A DNA stretch of 64,000 bases from Octopus bimaculoides (lineage: Eukaryota): the NCBI RefSeq assembly GCF_001194135.2, contig NC_068992.1:59482408-59546407 (forward strand), written 5' to 3'. This document shows positions 58,301-64,000 of this stretch, one piece after another. Made by a program: the position numbers and the translations under genes. The notes under the pieces are model-generated. The model saw only the letters and a list, made by a program, of their open reading frames with translations, did not search any database and was not told the DNA's origin. The first letter of the stretch is position 1. Every line of letters begins with the position of its first letter.

Positions 58301-59764
58301 ATTTCAATGATGTGATTGCTTGTTTTTAGAATGACAATGTAGGGTAGGTTGAAAAGGCTGTATCTGATCAGTGTGAACATAAAACAGGTAGAATATTTTG
58401 GCTGGATATTATTCTGTTGACTTTTATGCTTATTTGTTTACATTGTTTTAAATTACTCATTCATTATCTTTTTTTGCATTGAGATTTCGATGTTGTCATC
58501 ATCTTCATCATCATTATCAAGCATTTTAAATCTGGGTTTTGTCCCCGTTAACGAGGGTGGCCAGATCTACCTTAATGCCATAGCAACTGCTCTCACACCA
58601 TCTTGCCGAAGCATGCTCAATGTCTCAGTAGCAGACTTTCCAAGTTTAATGCAAAATTTTGTGTTGGCTCTTAGTTCTAACTTCCTGTCCATGACAAAAA
58701 TCGTAGACTATAGCATACATGTGATTAGAAAGACACAAATCTCACAAAATGCAAAGTAAACACAGCAATGTCACTCAGCACACTGCCTCTCATGAAGGTC
58801 ACTGCTAGCTCTCATTGTACAGGCAACCATGTGCTGCCATCTGTTGGTGTGCTACAGAACTAGTCCAGGAACTTTTTGATACCACCTCGTATATGTATAA
58901 GTCAACCTATCTTGTTTGACTGTAAATTTTGGCCTGAAAAATTCAGCTTGTATGCTGTTTTAACACAATGTTACAAACCTGCGTGTGATACTTGAATGCA
59001 AGCAGATAACATGAAGCCTATTTGTGGATTTTTATTTTAAGTGTTATTAATTCCTTTTGCAAAATAGAACAAAATAAGAAATGTTTAAAAAAGAAACAAC
59101 AAACATACAAACAAAGAAAATGGAAATAATTTTGTCTTAAAAATATAAAACAAGAAAATGAAATTTTGAAATATGAAAGCTAGAAAAAGAATTTCAAATT
59201 GTTGCAAGAAAAGTTTCTTTTGATCTGTTTTTCCGTATTTATCAAAATAACAACATGATGATGATGATAATAATAATAATAATAATAATAATAATAGTGA
59301 TTTCTTGAATATTAATAAAAATAGTTGTGCTATAAGAAAGTCTAAAAACTGTAAGAAATAGCTGCAATGATACAAAAAATTTTGCTGTAATCTGACTATT
59401 TTTGATAAAGGAGGGATTAAGATTAAGTTTATAATTAATTAATAAAAAAACTATCTGGAAGACATCCAAAATAATAATAACAATACTGCTATTACTCCTC
59501 CTCCTTCTCCTACTCCTACTACTACTACTAATGGTTTCAAATTTTGCCACAAGGGCAGCAGTTTTAGGGGAGGGGATGAGTTGATCACATCGACTCCAGT
59601 GTTCAACTGGTACTTCATTCATTGACTCTGAAAGGATGAAAGGCAAAGTGGACCTTGGAGGAATTTAAGTTCAGAATGTGATGGCAGACGAGATACTGCT
59701 AAGCATTTTGCCTGGTGTGCTAACGATTTTGCCAGCTTGCCGACTTAATAATAATAATAATAAC

Positions 59765-59818
<54 letters not shown>

Positions 59819-62061
59819 GGCACTCAGAGAGCGCAAATCTCCACCAAAGCAACACCAATGTCCTCTCAACGGTTAGCCAGAGATGATTTTTAAAATGAGA
59901 ATATCTGAAATAAACTCGACTGCTCTCACAAACGAGAATACTAAAAATGAACTCGATTGCTCTCGAAAATTAAGTAAAAGAAAAAAAACAGAAAAATAAT
60001 CCACAGTCCACCACCACCTCCTCCCCTTCACCACCACCACTACCCCTTTCCTTCTCTCACCACTCTAACTCTGCCTCATCCTCCAAACATTTTATGCAAT
60101 TCTCTCTCCCCAAAACAACAGGAGCCTCTTTTGCCACTTTTTTTTATCTGTCAGAAAAAGCAACTGAATCTCTTTAAGCAAATGAATGCAGAAACACACA
60201 TGTCTTACGATCCAATGGTGTCATTCACAGTCCAATATGTGTTCTCAAACATATCTAGGAAGAGAATTTTCTCCTGGGACTATTTCTGCAGTGGAAGGTC
60301 TTCTTGTGTCCAAATGCACTTGAACATGTAAAATATGACTACGCAAATAAATAAAGATATATAGGCGCAGAAATGGCTGTGTGGTTAAGAAGCTTACTTT
60401 CCAACCATGTGGTTTTAAGATCAATCCCATTGAACAGTACCTTCTATTATAGCCCTGGGTTGACCAAAGTCTTGTGAGTGGATTTGTTAAGCAGAAACTG
60501 AAAGAAGCCCATCGTGTATTTAAATATATATTACATATATGCATGTGTGTCTTTGTGTTTTGATGTGTTTATGCCAGGCTTTGTAAAAGAAGTACTGGGA
60601 TCAATTTGTTTGACTAAAAACCCATTAAGGCAATGCTCTGGCATGGCCACAGTTCAATGACTGAAACAAGTAAAATATAAAAGATATATATTTTGGTAAA
60701 ATTTGAATCAAAGTCAGACATTTAGAAATTATGACTCACAAGAGAAAGTGACGTTAGACTTGGTAAATTGATATCTTTGATGGTTTCAATAGCATTCTCT
60801 TGGAGTTTGAGAACGGTAAGTTTAGAGTATGTCTCTTCATTCAATTGTGATAGTTCCTTGATTTTGTTGGCTGGAACAGAGTCAAAAACAAAGAAATGTC
60901 AACAAGCAGCAATGTTAGGGATAAAAATCCAAAATTACAGGTAAAAACTCAATTAAAATCAATTTATTAAAAATTAAAATTAAATTAAGTTTCACAGTAT
61001 TAAATATAAATATATAGTTTTAGGGAAAAGAACCAAGGTTCATGAACTCATCGATGAAAATCCACTGTCACATATAGAAAAATTAATAAGTAAAAGCACA
61101 ATAAATGAGTATAATATAATATCATATCTTAATCTTATGATATTTACTTTGTATTATATTATACTTATTTATTGTGCTTTTAATTATTAATTTTTCTATA
61201 TGTGACAGTGGATTTTCATCGATGAGTTCATGAACCTTGGTTCTTTTCTCTAANNNNNNNNNNNNNNNNNNNNNNNNNNNNNNNNNNNNNNNNNNNNNNN
61301 NNNNNNNNNNNNNNNNNNNNNNNNNNNNNNNNNNNNNNNNNNNNNNNNNNNNNNNNNNNNNNNNNNNNNNNNNNNNNNNNNNNNNNNNNNNNNNNNNNNN
61401 NNNNNNNNNNNNNNNNNNNNNNNNNNNNNNNNNNNNNNNNNNNNNNNNNNNNNNNNNNNNNNNNNNNNNNNNNNNNNNNNNNNNNNNNNNNNNNNNNNNN
61501 NNNNNNNNNNNNNNNATATATATATATATATAAAATGCATATATATATATTATATATATATAATATACATATATGTATATATATATAAGATACATATATA
61601 TATTAACTGGTACTCAGTTGGTTACGGTGACAAGGGTTCCAGTTGATCTGATCATCCGCCAGCTTGTGAAATAAATGTGCAGCAAGTGGCTGAGCACTCC
61701 ACAGACACGTGTACCCTTAATGTAGTTCTCAGGAAGATTCAGCATGACACAGAGTGTGACAAGGCTGGCCCTTTGAATTTACAGGTACTCCTCATTTTTG
61801 CCAGCTGAGTGGACTGGAGCAATGTGAAATAAAGTGTCTTGTCCAAGGACACAATGTGTTGGCAGGAACTGAACTCATGACCTTATGATTGTAAGCTGAA
61901 TACCCTGACCACTTAGTCACGCACCTTGGCGTTAGGAAGGGCATCCAGCTGTAGAAACTCTGCCAAATCAGACTGGAGCCTGGTGTTGCCATCCGGTTTC
62001 ACCAGTCCTCAGTCAAATCGTCCAACCCATGCTAGCATGGAAAGCGGACGTTAAACGATGA

Positions 62062-62099
<38 letters not shown>

Positions 62100-62926
62100 G
62101 ACATATAAGATAGGTATGGCCAGTCTATTTGGTTACTCTGGGTTTCAGGTCCATAAACTGCTTAGCTTTACAACATTTCTCTTGACCCTAAATCCGTTGA
62201 CCTATGGCCTCTCTAGGAAATGGAGGAAGAAAAGACTTTATTATTCTGTCAACAACAAGGGATCATCTCCCTTTGATGACTATTTGTAATTGACCCTGTT
62301 GGCCTGTGGATCCCAGGATGCCAGCAAGAAATTCCTGAAATGCAAGCAGGGTGTGAAGATTTCTGTCTGGGAGTTGAGGATGCTCCCTGGGTCGAGGAAG
62401 TTTTTTATTTGGACAGTTTGACAGGAGCGGCTTTGTTTGCATCCCTGTAACTTAGCAGTCTGGCAAAAGTGATTGATAGTATAAGTACTAGACTGATGAG
62501 GGGTGGTGGTGGGAGATTTGATTGATTAAATCATTTAAGGAGGAGGTTGGTGCCCTGTCCAGCATGGCTGCAGTCCAATGACTGAAACAAGTAAAAAGTA
62601 AAAGACAAATGGTAAAGGATACAAACATTTGACACCAAAGTTGTCCTCACAGAAATAAGGTATACTTACTACTGAGGTCTATATGTCTGACAAGGGGGTG
62701 TGACAGTCCCTCAGAAATGTTCTCGATCTTGTTATTACTCAAGGAAATGTATTGTAAAAAAGGATGTGGTTTAATGTCCACCTCTTCAATGATGTTTTTG
62801 TCTGCTTTCAGAGACAACAGATTTGGTAAGAAGTCTAAAGGGCTTAAACTGGATAACTGATTGTTGCTCACATCAACAATTCTCAAATGAATATATCTCT
62901 CAAGAATGCATATGTTGGTTAGCTCC
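51802..62926 (-). CDS. LRRC23: Leucine-rich repeat protein 23-like, copy B (5' exons lie beyond the window end). Exons 62926-62670, 60870-60740, 55916-55780, 53829-53753, 52942-52800, 51831-51802
   Basis: Minus-strand GT-AG exons join in frame to ELTNICILERYIHLRIVDVSNNQLSSLSPLDFLPNLLSLKADKN...SHPLVRHIDLS-TNKIKELSQLNEETYSKLTVLKLQENAIETIKDINLPSLTSLSL-GYNKMTDLQWISNLVNLEVFEINNNSIDKLDGFNKDMKKLKYIDLK-ENVIEEFCEIEKLACLPALTVLLLA-DNPITKEADFRVEVLSFLTTLFTLNYSEVTEEERNEANEVSKERQEAQ-NTQKEETPS*. The YIHLRxVDxSxN...LSPL...LLxLKADxN segment matches LRRC23 as I recall it. No stops or frameshifts. Confidence 0.9.
52800..52942 (-). CDS. LRRC23: LRRC23 copy B exon (143 nt, LRRcap)
   Basis: aatccag|AT AAT CCA ... 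GCT CAG|gtacgt. Confidence 0.88.
53753..53829 (-). CDS. LRRC23: LRRC23 copy B exon (77 nt)
   Basis: tatttcag|A GAG AAT GTC ... GCC G|gtaagt. Confidence 0.88.
53902..54464. mobile_element. TTAA-flanked (piggyBac-like) MITE with nested SINE
   Basis: TTAA|CCCTTTAACATT...AATGCTAACGGG|TTAA; SINE inserted at about 53950-54305. Confidence 0.7.
55149..55369. mobile_element. Second TTAA-type MITE family
   Basis: (G)TAA|CTCTTTTGTTACC...GGTATCAAAAGAG|TTAA terminal inverted repeats. Confidence 0.6.
55780..55916 (-). CDS. LRRC23: LRRC23 copy B exon (137 nt)
   Basis: tttgtag|GGT TAT AAT ... CTG AA|gtaggt. Confidence 0.9.
56072..56712. mobile_element. TTAA-flanked (piggyBac-like) MITE, same family, with nested full-length SINE
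   Basis: TTAA|CCCTTGAGCATT...GTGCTAAAGGG|TTAA; SINE at 56191-56600; further partial copies at about 43067-43200 and 58205-58410. Confidence 0.72.
56191..56600 (+). mobile_element. tRNA-derived SINE (family A, OK/OR-type octopus SINE), full length
   Basis: GGCGCAGGAGTGGTTGTGTGGTAAG head, CCTTGGGCAAG core, internal (TA/TG)n, tail ...GACTGAAACAAGTAAAAGAG; more than 15 related copies, e.g. 1338-1670, 8468-9237, 31325-31650, 34459-34850, 40570-40930, 48460-48830, 60362-60685. Confidence 0.85.
56950..57255 (-). mobile_element. RTE-clade LINE RT C-terminal remnant
   Basis: Minus strand YGSGA*S...LESCEMWFSRRILKIAWTDKVFNEEV...QLRFLDHVMRK...KRSRGRQRMIWL. Confidence 0.72.
57753..58005 (+). mobile_element. 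Family B SINE nested inside an older family B copy
   Basis: 19-bp TSD AGAATTTCTTCTAACTTTA at 57734-52 and 58006-24. Confidence 0.82.
58570..58889 (-). mobile_element. Truncated second copy of the same mariner family (5' end only)
   Basis: TA+CGAGGTGGTATCAAAAAGTTCC TIR, same subterminal region, and ATG GAC AGG AAG TTA GAA (MDRKLELRANTKFC). Confidence 0.88.
60740..60870 (-). CDS. LRRC23: LRRC23 copy B exon (131 nt)
   Basis: gttccag|CC AAC AAA ... TCT CTT|gtgagt. Confidence 0.9.
61020..61253. repeat. Long near-perfect inverted repeat (foldback)
   Basis: Arms 61020-61121 and 61152-61253, about 102 bp with about 4 differences, 30-nt spacer. Confidence 0.9.
62670..62926 (-). CDS. LRRC23: LRRC23 copy B exon (257 nt)
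   Basis: ttgccag|G GAG CTA ... CTC AGT A|gtaagt on the minus strand; 85 codons of LRR repeats. Confidence 0.92.
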
Positions 62927-63204
62927 CTGGCAAATAAAAATAAGAACACATGAACATTATATACACACATACATGCGCACAACATTTAGGTGCAGGTGTG
63001 GTTGTGCGTGAAGGGGTTTACTTACCGACAACATGGCGTAGTGGTTAAGGGCACAGGCTACTAACCCCAACATGGTTCTGAGTTCAGTCTCTGTGTGGCA
63101 CCTTGGGCAAGTGTCTTCTACTATAGCCCTGAACTGACCAAAGCCTTACAATTGGATTTCGTAGACAGAAACTGAAACAAGACCATTTTGTGTGTGTGTG
63201 TGTG

Positions 63205-63565
63205 TATATACGTAACCTTATCATTTCGCATTTGTTTTGCTTCTATATGTTGGTTCCCTGACGATGAATATATGTGCAGTTCCAGTACCTCTTACTTCTT
63301 TGGAGTAGAGTGCACATATATTTTGAAACATATGTAGGAATTAAAGGAACTTTTGTTTATATGCGTTTTGCTCCATTTATTATTATTATTATTCATATCT
63401 ACTCAAAATGCATCACTTTAACTTGGTATTTATGCCTATAAAACGGGTGTGATATCCTGTTTTTTTTTGTGTAATTTTTGCTACCCATGGTAACTATTAA
63501 CATATTTACATTGTCAAGGTTTTTTAAAATCAAGATAATAATAATATATACATAAATTTGTATAT
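63205..63565 (+). mobile_element. Hammerhead-bearing AT-rich repeat (Penelope pseudo-LTR-like), copy 1
   Basis: About 90% identical over about 270 nt to 14336-14610; contains the hammerhead; flanked by (TG)n and (TA)n. Confidence 0.55.
63254..63340 (+). ncRNA. Minimal type I hammerhead ribozyme (Penelope-like element type), candidate
   Basis: Helix I UUCC 63254-57 / GGAA 63337-40; core CUGACGA 63258-64; 13-bp helix II 63266-78 / 63311-23; GAAA 63325-28; palindromic helix III ACAUAUGU 63328-35; cleavage triplet GUA. Confidence 0.72.
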
Positions 63566-64000
63566 ATATATATATATATATAAATGTACTGCTCTGTGAT
63601 AGAAAGATCAACAAAAAGGTACTCCATCTGGTGAGGGATAAATATTATTTATTTAAAGGACACAATACATATCTTTAAGTGCTACTAATAGTTCCATATT
63701 TTGAGAAATATCTCAAGCATATACATCAGGCACTGCTAAATCACGGGGACGTAACCATACCAACATCAGTTGTCAAGTGATGGTTGGGGGGACAAACACA
63801 GATGCAAAGACACACACACACACAACAGGCTTCTTTCAGGTTCCGTCTACCAAATCTACTCACAAGGCTTTGGTTGGCCCAAGGCTATAGCAGGAGACAC
63901 TTTCCCATGGTGCCATACTGTAGGACTGAACCCAGAACCATGTGGTCGAGAAGCAAGCTTCTTACCACACAGCTACGCCTGCACATACATATAGATCGGA

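Noticed and set aside
51802-62926. Possibility that the minus-strand LRR exon belongs to the same gene as the plus-strand exons through misassembly or inversion
   Set aside because: The minus strand has its own complete set of downstream exons, only about 43% identical in protein, so it is a separate paralogue.

Overview
AT-rich animal genomic DNA (about 7% N gaps), dense in microsatellites and tRNA-derived SINEs. The repeat families look like those of Octopus; the organism call is inference. Three spliced genes were reconstructed by hand, none recoverable from the ORF track alone. (1) The 3' part of an LRRC23-like gene on + (5 coding exons, 1776-18284). (2) A complete 18-exon neurochondrin (NCDN) on + (23374-49174, 2139 nt, 712 aa). 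(3) A second LRRC23-like paralogue on - (6 coding exons, 62926-51802). The two LRRC23 copies form an inverted pair that brackets NCDN. They have identical exon lengths and phases but only about 43% amino-acid identity, while several intronic blocks remain about 90% identical. Most interesting candidates: a mariner copy in NCDN intron 5 whose start codon has mutated into an in-frame splice acceptor (possible NCDN-transposase DNA-binding-domain fusion isoform); a Penelope-type minimal hammerhead ribozyme present in two copies of one repeat; a 97%-identical inverted SINE pair around NCDN exons 14-16 (circRNA/ADAR candidate); and two long intronic hairpins. All alignments and counts are manual; no database searches were run.
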